The translations under genes and the position numbers were made by a program. Below, one piece after another: positions 12,001 through 27,000 of a DNA stretch of 64,000 nucleotides (the stretch's first letter is position 1; each line of letters opens with the position of its first letter). The stretch covers positions 9,136,101 to 9,200,100 of the forward strand of contig NC_092677.1 in assembly GCF_964355755.1 (NCBI RefSeq), in the 5' to 3' direction. The notes beneath the pieces were generated by a model. That model had not been told where the DNA came from and made no database searches. It saw nothing but the letters and a program-made list of their open reading frames with translations. The DNA comes from Antedon mediterranea. Its lineage: Eukaryota; Animalia; Echinodermata.

Positions 12001-15000
12001 TTTGGTGGTTCAGTTTTAGGGGTTACTCTTTCTAAAACCATATTTGTGGTAATTTTATCTTGCAGATAGGTGCTGGTGTGTGGCACTTCTTTACATGATT
12101 GAATAAAATCTTTAGGTGGTTGATATTCATGGAAGGCCTTTGCCATACCAGTCGGCGTTGGATCACGCCCCTTCGGTGAATGAGCCTTAAAAACTGCACC
12201 TGTTGGTTGGAAATCACTAACACCACCAACGGGCCTAGCAACAATTTCGCTTCCACTACCACACCCATCAGATTGATCACTTCCTCGTGAAGTCTTGCTG
12301 TCAGGTTTGGCCTTTATGGGCTTAGGTCGCAAAGCAACGTCGGAGATAGTCTTGATCATTGGCGAGAACCGTTGTTGTGGGAAGGCCTTATTATGCATGG
12401 CTGATTCTTCATCTGATTCTGTCTCTGGATCACTGTCAGCAACCTTTTCTTCGCATTGAAGATCGATAGTATCTTGTTTTCGCATTTCAATCTTTCCGGA
12501 GTCAACTATGACAATAAATATAAAAAGATTTAATGTAACTTTGATATGGAAATGCTTACTTACAGTAGCAGTGTATAATTAGTTTAGGAAATGAAAAAGT
12601 CAACATCTTGACCAAAATGTGCTTGGACTTTTCTATAACAAATCATCCATTCAGCAAAGATAATTATCTTTTATATGATGAATTGTTGATTCACCACGAC
12701 ATAAAGATGATTAGCCAGGCATATATGCCTCTATACCTCACATATCTGAGGGTAGTGCACTGCACAATAGTCATTTTTACTATGATGACTTGTTGTAATG
12801 GCCCATAGCTGAACAAAGGTTCAAATCAGATATTAAAGGTATAAGTACAGTATTCACTTACTGATAACATCGTCGTCCTCCTGATCTACACATATGACCA
12901 TGCCTTCGTCGTCTGTCAGCGTCTCCTCAGATTCTGTCCGCCTTCTTGCTTTAGCTTCCATTATTCTTTTAATCTCTCTTTCTGATACAGAATCCTGTAC
13001 AAAAGAGGTAGTCAGTTATTTTTTTAAAGGTTTTAAATTTCTTTTTTTTACATACCTAATTGTACACTTATATTTTTAAAGGAATAGAACAAAATTAACA
13101 GACACTGTTACTCAATGGTCATTAAATAAGTTTGTAAAGCAAGTGCAGAAAAAACAAACAAAGAAAAAAAATATTATACTAAAATAATATAATTTTAAAG
13201 GAAAGTGAATAATTAAATAAATGTTGGTGGACAGAAAATACAATATCAATTTTATCAAAGTTATCTTACAATTAATTAAGTTTTCAGAATTTAATTTGAT
13301 ATTGTTATGGTTGCTTTAATACATGTAAATTTTAAATACACTATTCTTTTATTATTTTATATACTCAATTTGGCATATCCAGTTTTACTAATTAAATTAA
13401 TTAGTTTGATTAAACTTGCCAACATTTAACTTCATTGTTCTCTATTGTTTCATATTACTAATTATTTGATTATATAAAAAAACTAGTTCAGCTACCTTCT
13501 TTGAAGGGTCACTAGTGGGTGTAAAACTTGAAAGACTACGAGATCGTTTCTTAGCTGGTAACTTCAGCTGAATCTGAAGAAGGAAATTTATTTACTTCAG
13601 CAAGAAAATATTCTTGGGAACAGCGCCCACAATTATTGTACTTTCTCATGTGTGATTCTAAGCCAGTTTCAATCATGCAACACATTTATATTATAATTAT
13701 CTGATGGGGATATGTGCAAAATTCAAAATAAATATGGTCAACAAAAATGTTTTGCAAAAATCAAAAGTGATAGTGAATTCTCATAACCTGATGCGAAAAT
13801 TTTTATTTTGATTGTTGGAAAAATTTCTTATACTAAAATGTTTTATATTTTATCAGTTTACAATTAGGCCACCATAAACGGAGGAATAGCTGACAGATGT
13901 GGCAACAACAACAAAAAAACTAAAAATTCTAACAAAAATATTAATTGAAATAATAAAAGAATCTCAAACAAATGTTACAATAATTTACCCGCTCTTCCTG
14001 TCTTTGTTCGTCTGATTGGTTTATAACCATACCAGGTTTGATGTCATCTGTTGTAACAGTATGAACTTCACCCATAACAGAATCTGGAGAATAAAGAAAT
14101 TCCTTTAGTTTCTTATAAATAAAGTTTCCAAAATTAAAACTTCATACAAAGTGATAATTGTAAAACTGGGCAATAACGAATGAATAGGCCTTTTTTGTTG
14201 GTCAAAATATTAGAAAATCTAAGAAGCAAGCTTTTTTTTTTTATAATTAGGAACATATTTACAATTAAAAGGCAATATTTTGATTTAAACATATCATTTA
14301 AAAGTAGTATATGTATAAATTCTAAGACATAGATAAACTTGGAACCATGAAATACTGACAAAAGTAATCTGTGATCAAGATCCTAATTAAGATTTAAAAA
14401 AATTATACTCTGAAATTTAGGACTTTTAACTTTAAAATGTAATTTAGAAATGAATAACCTTTTAATCAACTTCATTATTAATAATTATTTTTATAATCCT
14501 GGTGGGGAATTTTCAAAGGAATCATTTCTGTTGGGAAGAAAATTTAAAAAAACTGTATCATTCGAAATGGGTTCATCTCATCATAAGCAATATAGATATT
14601 ACACGCAGTATAGTTTAATATACAAAATATTGGTCATACCACTTGTGCTGGCCATATCCGATATAAACAGCTTTCTGTCACTTTCTTTCCGTCCGTCTCC
14701 AGACTTCTTACGTTCTCGGTTACACCATTTCCAGTCTGGGTGGGCTTTAAAATGAGCCTCTTTCACCTACCAATAAACAAGTGTTAATGATCCAATTTTG
14801 GTAAAAGTTAATAACTATCATGTGACATTAAAATAGCATTTTTAACAAAACAATTGTAAAACAATATCATTTCAGGGGGACAATCTGTAAAAATACTAAT
14901 GTAATGTGTCTTATGGCATTTATGTTGTACATGATATGGCTTCGAAAACTGTTAGATTGTCAATAACAATACTGTTATTTATATAAAAATGACAGAAATC

Positions 15001-18000
15001 ACCAATATTATACAAAAAAAGCTATAAAAGGTGGTTAACAATAACAAATTGATAATAAAAATTATAATTTAGTCATACCATTGAAATACTGAATGCATAA
15101 TATTACTGTAGTCATACAATGAAAATAACAATTAAAAACTGCAAGAATATTAATAATATAATATATATAGAATTTGATTTACTAAACATTGTATTCCAAT
15201 CCATTCTATGGTATATGTACTATAACCATAATCATTTTTACTATAGATAGTGGCCATCCATTTTGATGGGTAACGGCAATCTGTAGCCACTCTCTGAACT
15301 GGTTGTGAAAGGAATTACCAAACATTGCATTCAATGGTTCTAAAGAAATTGGTCTAAAAAACATTTTTCAAATTTGGTGTTTTTTTTAGTATAGCTTAAA
15401 TTACAATGGAAATTTAAATTCCCAGCTAGCATTGGTCTTACATTTGATATTGTAATATGGTAGAACAATTTATGGGTAAACATACTGGACAATATTTGTG
15501 TTAAACATAAATACAACATTTGAATTAATCACAAATTTAAGCATTGGTAATTTCAATGTCATTACTTACATTACTACATACGCAACACTTTCTTTTAAAC
15601 AAATTAAACATTCCTAGGTTATATTCTTTATTAAGAACCTTTCCTGTAGGCACTAAAGGTGGGTGGCAAAATTTGTAAAAAAAAATCAGTTTCTAAGGTT
15701 TATCATCAATTCAGAACTAGCTGAGAATTGACACTATGCAGGACGTAAAGGTTTATTATTAAATTTAAAGGTGGGTGTAAAGATCTTTGGCCTACGTAAG
15801 CTCTTCCATCACTGCCTTGAATAAATACACTAATGACATTAACTACGTGTACATGCCCTTTTTTCTTTCAGAGTTACATTGCGGTTTAGATTGTTCTGTG
15901 TTTAACACAAAAGATACACCGGTTAAACATCTGAGATAAACTAGTTAAACATCCGATATAACCCCGATCGAAAGGACTTAATGTCTGAAGTAACATTCTG
16001 AAACCTATCACATTGAATGTACCTATCTATTTAGCTATATCAGAGGTACAATCAAAGTTATATCGCGGTTTTATGACATGGAGTTATAAAAGAATTAACT
16101 GATCACAAAAAAGATTGTAACTCTGAAATGATTTAGACCAGCTAAGCATGCACAGAAGGACGTTAACTCCATGGTGTGTGTTTACACAGCATCTATATAT
16201 CTGTCTGTCTTTCTTTGTTAATAGAATATTGTCATTTTTAGAAAAAGAACTTTTACTGTACCTGTGACGCAAGGTCCAGGTACTGTTGTTTCTCTTTAGT
16301 TCCCAAAGCATACCACCACTCGCCAAGAATCTTGCTGACAGCTCTGTTGTCCTGGTTTGGGTGGCGCTGGTGAACCAAAGCCCGATGACGTTTACTGAAT
16401 ATCATGAATGCGTTCATGGGCCTTCGCACATGCGATTTATCCTTCTGTAAACATTTTCAAATGACAGAAACATTACAGTGAAACATTAATAAAATCAAGC
16501 TTAATTACTCAAAATGTTGTCACTGTATTTTGTATTGTTATTCATTTATTGTTTTATTTATTTTAAAAAACAATTTTTTTACCTTTTTCGGACTTTTCGG
16601 TTCTTTTTCTGGAGAATCTTTTGGCAACGAACTAAGCGATTGTGAGCGTCGCTTACTCGGCGGTGGTGAGCTGAGTGATTTGATTGGTGAACTAGCCAAT
16701 GATCCACTACTTACATGCAGGTCAGGACTGCCTACTGCCACATCTACATATTATACAGAGAAACAGAGAATATAAACGCAAATGCAATATAGACATTTCG
16801 TATTTGTGAAGCTGTATAAAGTATTTGAAAATCTAGGAGTGAAAAGTTGCCTTGTCTTAATTCAAAACACATCCAGCATCTAACAGGACGAAAAATAAAC
16901 CCATACTTCTATAAGTATATATGAGGCTTGCTTTACTAGCGGAACTGTTGAGAAAAGATCCTGGTATTATGCAAAGGATTTGAACTGGAATTAGCAAGCA
17001 GGGCTGTGGCTCAAACTAGTAATTATGATATAAAAAAATAGTGCTGTTTTTGCTATAAAAAACATGTTGGTTTGAGAATAATTTGAGCGCATAACTTTCA
17101 GGCATGTAGCTAGAGTATTATAAAGGGTAGATGTCAAAAAGTAAAGAGTTGGTGGTAACAATAAACAAAATAAAGCAGTACGTCCAAGTGTCCAGAGTTT
17201 TGGGTGAGTGCTGTGCCAAAATTAAGTGGAAGGTCTTAAAATATACCGAGGGAAAGCCTTAAATGTGGCATTCTCTGCCCATCTCCGCTAAGTACAAAAC
17301 ACTTACCCTACTGTGTTAAAGTTAGACTACTACATAAATAGTCAGCTTTGCATTACCACTGTAGTGCTTAACATTGTAACATGCTTTAGTATGTTAATCT
17401 AAACACTTGCCTGTAGGTTGTATTAGCTGCTGTTGGTCCACTACTTCCAGATTGTTGTTCTTCTCCATTCCGTTCGATGAGAAAATGGGAATCAACGAAT
17501 GCCAATGGAAAACTGGAACATGTCCCGGTGGTACATTAAGGCCATTCCAACCTAAGGCAACACGGAAATGTAGGAAAGCAATTAAAAGAGCATAGATAAA
17601 TATCAAATGTACTTTAAGATGTCAATAATGTACATTAAGACCAGTCAAACGTAACATTGCTAAAATTTAGGAGATTTGATATTTATTTAACATAGTATAC
17701 TATTCTACACTTTATGATGAAATTAAAATGAAGGTAGTGATCTTATATGGAAAATTAGGATATTATGATAAGAAATATATATGGTGATTGTCAGCCTATG
17801 AGTGTTGGTAGTCTATGACTGCTGCTTACTGGACTGTACCATTTATGGAGAGGGTGTTTAGTGACTTTCTAGTATATGTCACTCATTGAGGTTTAGTTTA
17901 TTTAGATAGTTATACATTAGTAAGTTATTATTGATATTATTGATGACATTTTAATGATAGGAATAAATTATGACTTATTTTAATCATACTATCTTTAATC

Positions 18001-21000
18001 AGAAGTCAGGGGGTTTGTTCTAATTGTGATTACAATGTATTGTTCATCATTATATACTGTAACATACCAGCAGATTTTGGCCCATTAGTATCTTTATCTT
18101 GAGTCGGGACACCAGGTGGCATCACTGGTAACAGGGAAGATGGTGTAGGGTGAGCAGCCACGGTTGTCTTCTGCTCAGGGGTAGATGAAGGCATTTGAGC
18201 CTGGCTTTGAACTGTTGCTGGACTGGTAGCCACTGGTGAAGGAGCGCTTACAGGTTTTGCCATATACTGATTCATTGCATTGCGTAATACCTTATCCCTC
18301 GGTTTTCCACCACATGGGGTTTTCTCGTATTCCTTTCGTGGATTTTGCAGAGTTTCTGGTGCCACAGTTGGTTTTTGTGTTTTAGGCGCAAGTAATGCTG
18401 CACGAAGTTTATCATTCTGCGGTGGCGGGAACTCAAATCTGATTGCTTTCTCGCTAGAAACTGAAGTTTGTGCGGGAGGTGATATGATTTGAGGAGGGGA
18501 GATGACATGCGACAGATGTGGTGATGACACGTTTTGCTGATAAGAAGGTGATCTTAAATGTTCAGGACCTGAATCGTCACTGTTACCACTTAAGTGTTTA
18601 TTCATCGCCCTTGCTTGTTCCATACGCGATTTTAATTTGTTCGGGCTGACTGGTGTTGCAAAGTTTAAACTGCTTTGGAAAGTTGGTGTCTGACCCGCAC
18701 TTAAGCGATGAGCATTTCCAGGAGAGCTTGTATCCACAGATGACCTTCCCGACATGGGCGCGCTGGCACTCCAATACCGGTTGTGATGCGAGGAATTTGA
18801 ATGGTTGATAGGACTGAAGGTCATTGACCTCATTCTGTACTGAGGCGATTGTGTTGTTGATCTGGGGGAAGGTGGTATTGGTGTTTGTATTGGTTTAAAG
18901 CATGGAGTTCCAGACCTAGAATTTCCAAGTGAAATAAGCATAGAGGCCGCTTCAGCATCGTCCATATCAAACTTAAATTGGTCAATTTGAGGTCTTGAAT
19001 CTAAGTAAAAAACAATTAAATTTTATGATTATTTTGAAAAATATTTTAGATTATTTTGGCATTTGTTAAAAGGCAATAAAAATTAACCTTCATTCTCATA
19101 ATTATGTAATAATTCTCAGTTATTCTAATTTTGAATTAAAAAAAATATTATTAGATACTATAAAAAGGTAGTCTCCGAATGCGTACAAAAATTCCTCATG
19201 GTTTTTCGAATTGAGCTGCCAAGCAGTTAAGGCATGGTCGGCCCAAAGGTTATAAATATTGGCACACAGGTTCAATTCTCTCCTTGATCATAGATCTTGT
19301 GGTAGAAGTCTTTATGTATAACAATTTATTGACCAATGTGCACACTAAAGGACCGAGGAAATCGTTTGCGATCAGTAGGGGATACCCTGGTGTTCTTATT
19401 CAAATTCAGCCCCGTCGACATAACAACAGTTATTGGGGGATATTATTATTTTTATACCAGGTTCACCTCACCCCATCGCAGTGCAGCCTTATTTAAGCTG
19501 CAATAGGGATTAACACACCAAGAAACCAAACAAAGAGGTGACGTGTTTAAAGTTTCATAAATATTTCTGTGAATTGTCTTTTACACACAGAGAGTAATAT
19601 TTGATAACCAGTAACATATGCACTACTTTGACTATAAAAAAGTAAGCAATCTTGTGTAAATAAATTAGGACAGCAGACACATTGACAAAGTATTTTGTCA
19701 TTTTCTTTGAAATACATTATGCAGTGACTAATAATACACTTACAATCATTTTTATCAAAAGCCATGATGGTACAGTAACTATCCATGATAATATACAGGA
19801 TAAAGATATTCATCATACAGAATAGAAGATCCAATGTAAATAAATAACGTTTCTGATGTTTTGGTTGTGATTTTTTTTCCTTAATTTTTTGGCTAATTCT
19901 CTTTTCATAAAAATGTTTCTAGGAAGAATGAAATAAATGTTTCTGAACTGAAAAACAGATATAGATTTTTGTTATAAGGGCAACATGAATGATGGTTAAA
20001 TTTTACCAAAATGAATGATGGTTAAATTTTACCATGTTTAGTTTGTCAAAACAATAGGTTTTAAAAAGCCCCTCATAAAAAAATGTATTTTTAATTGGCC
20101 TATATAAACTAAAATATTTTATTTATGTAGTAGAAAAACTTCATCATAAATTACAAAATCACCACCTTAATATACTAATACCATAGAGAACTTATTTCTC
20201 CATGCTAATACTAAGCAATTTGACATGAATTCACAAACATATCAAATACAGTATTTACAAATTGTAAATTCTGTACTGAACTTTATGCTAGTTTAATTAT
20301 AGTAGTTCTAGACCTTCAATAATTTGTGAATGAAATAGCCTTTAAATTGATTGACATTTTTAACTACTGTAATCAGTCCACTGCTAATTGACACACCTAT
20401 TCAACAAAGGTCATTAGATTGTATTGTAATGTATTGTTCCTGACTGTGCTAGAAGGCTCATATCACTAGCAGTTTACTATTTTGTCCTTGCTTAAACAAG
20501 ATGTTTGTAACCTTGATGATTTTTGTTGGTATTGATACTATACTTTGAAATGAATAAAATTGAAGGTGTGCTTACTAAAATTAATTCTAGTTGGCATTTG
20601 TGCTGAAGGTTTTTTTAGGTCAATTCAATTCAGTTTTATTTTTTTTAAATGGCTTTTTTTAGAAAAACAATATCCAGTATTAACTGTTGGTTGACAACTG
20701 AATAAAATAAATAAATAAAATAAAAATAACTACTTCCTTAAAAACAATGAGAAAAAAAACCTTTAAAAATTATTTTTATAAAAATGTTTTATTAAGGAAC
20801 AAATATTTTTCTGTAACAATAATTTCCTTAAAAACAACAAACGATTTTTAATCGATAAGATAATAATCCTTTAGAAATAATAATAATTATTCTACTAGTT
20901 ACTGCAGTAACTACACTGATTTTAGTTTTCTCAACCTGCTTCTATAAAGTAGGTCTGATTGAATAGAATTAGAGGCTGCCAGACGATAAGAACATGGCCT

Positions 21001-24000
21001 TGGGAACATTTTTCAGACAAAAAACCCAACATGCAGCTTTTGAAGTATCATATTCTTTTAGACAAAGTATGGGTATCATAAACTTTCATTATATAGTACA
21101 GTAGCAATGTTTGAAAAAATGTCATTTAACTGCAAAATGTCTGAATGCACTATCCAGCCATTTTACAGCTATGACATTAATATAGTAGCAATGCTTAAAT
21201 AAAACACCATTTAACTGCAAAATGTCTGAATGCACTATCCAGCCATTTTACAGCTATGACATTAATATAGTAGCAATGTTTAAATAAAACACCATTTAAC
21301 TGCAAAAGGTCTGAATGCACTATCCAGACATTTTTGCAGTTAATTTATACATTTATTTATTTATTAAAAAATTTGACAAAATAATCAATATTAACCAGGG
21401 CATGTCTAGAGATAAACATGAGCGAAAATGTCATTTAACTGTATAATGTCTGGATTCAGGACACTCCCCTGTATCTAGGCCAACCAAGCTCCAGATTAAC
21501 CATTACATTCAATGTGGTTACTTCAGTACAGTCACTATCTAGACACAAAGAACAATAGATTTACTGTCTGTCTAGCAACAATAGGATTTAAATAAAGCAT
21601 TACATTAGAATTTGTGTCAAGTCACTTGATGCTGTTAGATTCACTATTTAATATCTCTATGGGCGCGTTTATACAACACGCTATTACACGCCTACGAGAA
21701 GTGTGTTGTATAACAACAAAGAGATTCCGTGTAATGAGATTTTAATTTAATTGCAAAAAAGGCTACTTGGCTGAATCCTAAAATTTGGTGGATTCCCGGT
21801 CGCCGTTACCGTGTTGGAAGTGTCCTCAGGGTATATTTTGACCTCTCGTTAAAACAGGTCGTAATATCAATCATGTCATGCGACGTTGCTAACAAGATTG
21901 GGCCCATTTATTGCTGCTTCGCTCCCAGCAATCATCCTCCTACCACGTCTTACGCCTAGCCTAGTGGGGCCAACTCGCAGTGGTAGTACTAGTAGGCCTC
22001 TATCGTTTCCCACTCCAAACAGAATAAAAAATAACATCGCAAAAATGGCATCTTCTTCCATAGTGTATAGATGAAACAATGAAACCCTTAAAATAACTTT
22101 TATTAATTTAAATGAACCGAGAACAAAATAAACAACAATGCAAACGTGAACGAATACAATAATGAAAATGGTAAAAACCGCGCGAATACATCGGACAGCG
22201 AGGAGGACAACTCAGCTAATTCAAGCGATCAACGATTTGACCTTTTATCCTAGCATGCACTGCGTGTTGATGAAACTTCCGGTACAACACAGTATCGTGA
22301 TTTCTAGTATAACAGCAAACGTTAAGGTGGGTTGACCTCGGTCCGAACAACACGCTAAAAATTAAAGACGTGTTCTAATTTAGGGTGTTGTATAAACACG
22401 ACCTATGATTCACTTTAGGAATGGTTATTTTATATTAATTATATAAAAAGTTGCTATTTTATATGAAATTAAGATTGGATTTCACAAAAATATCTAAAAG
22501 GATGAATGATCATTTAATAATGTAAAAAATCAATACTTTTATCAATGATACTCGAAGGAAATAACACATTAGTACCACTGTGTACACAAGTCAACTAAAT
22601 AATTAAACATAAATTAAAATCATTAAATGTGTGAATGATACAGTAACTAATTTCATGGTTGGTGTGTATTCTAGATTCTTGATTGAAGTGAATAGTTGAA
22701 TTGACTAGACAATTTAATGTCACGTTCAGATATGAAAGTATTGTAGGGTGGTTCTTCATTTTTATTAGATACAGTAAATGTGATTGAGAATATACCAGAG
22801 TTCTCAAGTAAGTACTACAGAAATTCCAATATTAATAACCACAGAAACTATGACCAAAAATATGATTCAGCCTCAATTTATGATAAACGCCAGTAAAGCA
22901 CTATAATAATGGTCAAACAAAAAATTCACAACACAAAAAGCCCTGCTTCCAGGTATTCCGTGACTGTATATTTGATGTGTCAACAAAATTAGAAAGCAAA
23001 TGATGACAACACAGTTTAGTGAGCATGGTTGCCAATCAGAAGGTGTTTCCACAGCCAAAAATTAACCAATAAACTGCCTGTGGTTTACCTGATTCCACTG
23101 GAAACCCTAACCCTAACCGATAATTATCTCATTCAAATCAGATAATTATCGAATAAACGCGATACTTTTTAATGTGTTTGGGTTTCTGATTGTTTGGTAA
23201 TGACTGAGCATGCACACTTTAAAAAATTTAAATTAACCGATAATTTTGTTTTGGCTGCGGAAACATGGCAAGATAGACCATAGATATAAAATCATTTGCA
23301 CACTCAGAAACATAAAAAGCATAAAATAGAGGTGGAAAGATTTTAAGTATTAATATGACGTTTTAAATGAAATATTACTTCTCTATATTGCTAATGCAAG
23401 AGTACAGAGTCTCTGATAACCATTGTTAAAGAAAACTTTGTTATACAGTATGTTCTTACAAAGTTCCAGCTGCAGGAAAAAATAATATTTTATGAGAGCA
23501 TTGTTCAGCCACTTTTTTTCCCATGATGGGATAAATCACCAGATGTATGCTTTTATTGGTATTCTGTGCTAAAGAATAATAAAGACACTTGAGACTACTG
23601 TAGACTCTTTTTATAAAAAAAATGAGGGAAAAAAAGAAGAAATTTGTAATACTTAGAGTAGAACCATTGTTTAGACACTCCTATATGGACACCCATATGA
23701 ACACTTGACACAATGATCACTCAAGAGAGAATACCGTAAACTTTGAAAAGAAATCTATCTCAAAAGAAGCCCCCTTCTTTGGTCTGCAAAAATGTCTTGA
23801 AAAGTTTAAAACCCACTGGGCCTCTTTTCAAGATAGTATGGAGTTCATTTCGAGATAGATTATTTTAACAAAGGAACAAGGCGATTTAATGCCAGATAAC
23901 TTGTGATGCAGATATTAATGTATGGTCTTGAAAGGTTATATCGAAAATTCATTTCATGTTAAAATGGTATTCTGATCATAAATATGGCAGGTAATGGCTA

Positions 24001-27000
24001 AAAAAATCCTATTATTGTAGTAGAAATTCACAAAATTTAAAAAAGTTTGCAAAAGTAATCTCGAAAAGAAGCCCATATTGAAAAGAAGCCTACCCAAGAG
24101 TAATAAAAAAGAAAAAGACCATGAGCTTCTTTTCGAGGTTTTACAGTATTTTCAATACAGCGGCCAAGCCCAATTCAGGAGACACACAAGGGGTCCGAAG
24201 ATAGCATGGTTCTACTGTAACATTTGTCTATCCTTTAATTTCTACTGTTTTTGCATGTCATTGCTGTCATAAAATGTTAATGTTCTGATAAAACTCATAA
24301 AGATTTATTAATTTTTAGTGAACATTTTATGTGAAATACAATAAAACCCATACCATGGAGTAAATGCCCATACTAAACAACAACAAAAATTGAAATGGGA
24401 TATTTTTAATAAAGACTTGCTAGTTCTAAAATAAAATGTTTATAGTTAGAAATGGCCACACTTTTGCAGTTGTGATGTTTTTTTTTATCTCAATTGTACA
24501 GTAATTTGTATAAATAAATATTAAATAAACACAGAACACAATTTCAAGGCTCTACATGTAAAGCTGTAAGTGTAATTGGTAAAAACAAAAATCTTCAATT
24601 TTGATTGAAAATATTTGCAGTCTAGTTTAAAAATTTTTATATAAAAAGTATATTTACATTAGGAATGCAGATTTCATGTGGATGATACTTATTTAGTGCT
24701 CAAAAAATCTAAAATATCTGAGACATCATTAATTGTTCCATTTTTTAGGAGTAATGTTGGAGAAAATTGATGCCAATTATTTTTTGCACATCCAGGGAAG
24801 TCCAAAATGATTGCGCCCTCATCAGGGGCCATCTCAACAACCATCATATTCCTATATTATTTTGAACACAGTAGTAAATCCTGATTCGTCATTATAAAAT
24901 TATGTAATGACAATAGGTCAGAGGCCAATTAATATATTTTAGGGACCATCTCAGCTTTAGTTTATTTTGAAAATACGAGCTACTGTAGGCCTAACCGACC
25001 TATTGCCATGGTTAATTTTTAATAAGAATTCAAAATCAATTTTCCATTGTTCGCTCTGAACTTAGCTATTTGAACCTGTTTTTGATTCATTCAATGAATA
25101 ATAAAAGTAAAATGCAATAAACAGTAATTTCTAATTAGATAATATTTTAAAATACAGGTACAATAGCCTTACTATTCCGTTTTGTATTGTGTTTTTGGCT
25201 ATACCATTTGATAAATGCGTAACAATAAAAGCACCAATAAAAGGTGGTAATGTACAACACTTGGCTATGCTACAGTGGTGAAAATGTTCATTGACTGATA
25301 ATACAAAATATATACAGTACTACCATGTTAAATTTACAAAAGGAATTTTGTATGTACCTGGTACATTATTATTTTATCCGTAGGTTTTGGTTGAATAAAA
25401 TCAAGTTTGAGTCATTTTGGAAAAATAGTTTTGTCTTCAAATATTAAAACTGAAGTGACATTACATTGAAAAAAGTGAAGATGTCAACAGGAAGACAACA
25501 GTATTCATTTGTCAATATTCCTGATAGATGGACTTTATATTTAACACAAATGTTCTTTTACATACATTTACCTAAAGACAACATTAGGTCTACTGTGTTA
25601 CCAGTAAATACACTACTTTACAAAGTACTATTACCAGGTCTGTTATAATCATTGACTCCCAGGGACCAGATAATCATACATCTTATTGATTGTCTATTGT
25701 AAGAGGTTGCACAGAGCAAAGTCCAAATTATAATAATCTGTTAAACACTGATCCCTAATTTACAATGAGAAGAATAAAATTTAAAAGGTTACAAAATGCC
25801 TCTTACAGGTTTTTGGGGACAAATAATGAAAACAAATAGATTCTAAAATTGGAGAAGTTTTCTAAAAAATCTGATTGTTTCAACCTCTGCAGAATCACAG
25901 ATGCCATTGTTTATTGATCACACAATCCAATACTAAAGTCCGGGACTATATTATAAGAATTACTGACATTTTTGTCTATAAATTTGGGACATTTTATATC
26001 ATTTAATTGAAAATAAAAGTTAATATTTTAAAGATTAGAAAAATATGAACCTTGTACTTGTAGATTTTTCCTTGAATGTCTTTTTTATTTGTTCAATAAA
26101 TACAAAAAACATAAAAAAGGTGCAGCTCGAAAATCATAGTTTTTTTCAACTTATCTTTATTTATGTTTAATTATTTTATTCTTTAAAATTAAAATATTCC
26201 AGAATTATTTGCATCATCACTATAAATATGTCCAGAATTTTTGTTATTTGATCAATGTATTCATTCAATAATGCCGTCTGATGCAATTAACATACAATAT
26301 TACTAGGGCACTTTAAAACAGATTACAGAAGTACCGGTATTGGTTTAGTACTACGGCAAGGTTATGTGATTTCATAAACGCAATAATGCTATTGGTCTGT
26401 TTATTCCTGTTGTTCAATGTCCTAGAAATGAACTCAGGCAAACCTTATAACAGGTGAGCTAATGTCTATTTTTAGATATTACAAAAATTTAATTCTTGCA
26501 GCAGTATAAAATCTAATCTATTTATAATATGGATATTACACAGTAGTGAAACATTTTTTTAGGAATAATTGATTGCTGATTTATAAATTGAAGCCACTTT
26601 TCAAATGTGTGATTCATTTATTCTATGTGTTTACAGGAACTGAAAAAGGATCTTGGTTTAATTGTTAAAATGTAGAACAAGTCTGTAAAAGATTTTACTA
26701 AATACAGTGGTTGTCACATACTGTATTAATACAAATAAAATATTATTATAAATACCACATAACATAGTAATTTTTTATAGCATACTGCCATTTGATTGGT
26801 TAGTAAGTTTGCATTATGTGCCATTCAGTAGTTCTATTGCATGTTAAAAGTTCTATTGAATGGCTCTATTGCATTTTCAGCTTATTGTAAACATTTTGAG
26901 AATTGTGTGCAATTCGTGTCTGGCGACTGTTCGATTATCAAATGTTTGTATAACAGTATGTGCCATTCAGTATCTAGCGCATGGTACATTCTATTTAATG

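Noticed and set aside
17552-18067. Alternative first exon for a short CIC-S isoform
   Set aside because: No convincing ATG-donor exon or N2-like motif was seen; it cannot be excluded without transcripts.
6588-18492. Plus-strand ORFs antisense to cic exons (6588, 7894, 9446, 11011, 11767, 18280 etc.)
   Set aside because: Shadow ORFs of coding exons, with no domain signal or splice chain.
21876-22079. Short ORFs within the 21.7-22.4 kb transposon as a transposase or nested gene
   Set aside because: No recognisable catalytic motifs; too short and interrupted.
20327-26267. CIC consensus sites (TGAATGAA/TCAATGAA at 20327, 25086, 25091, 26260) suggesting autoregulation
   Set aside because: About 2-3 are expected by chance in a 10.7-kb AT-rich intron, so four is not convincing without conservation data.
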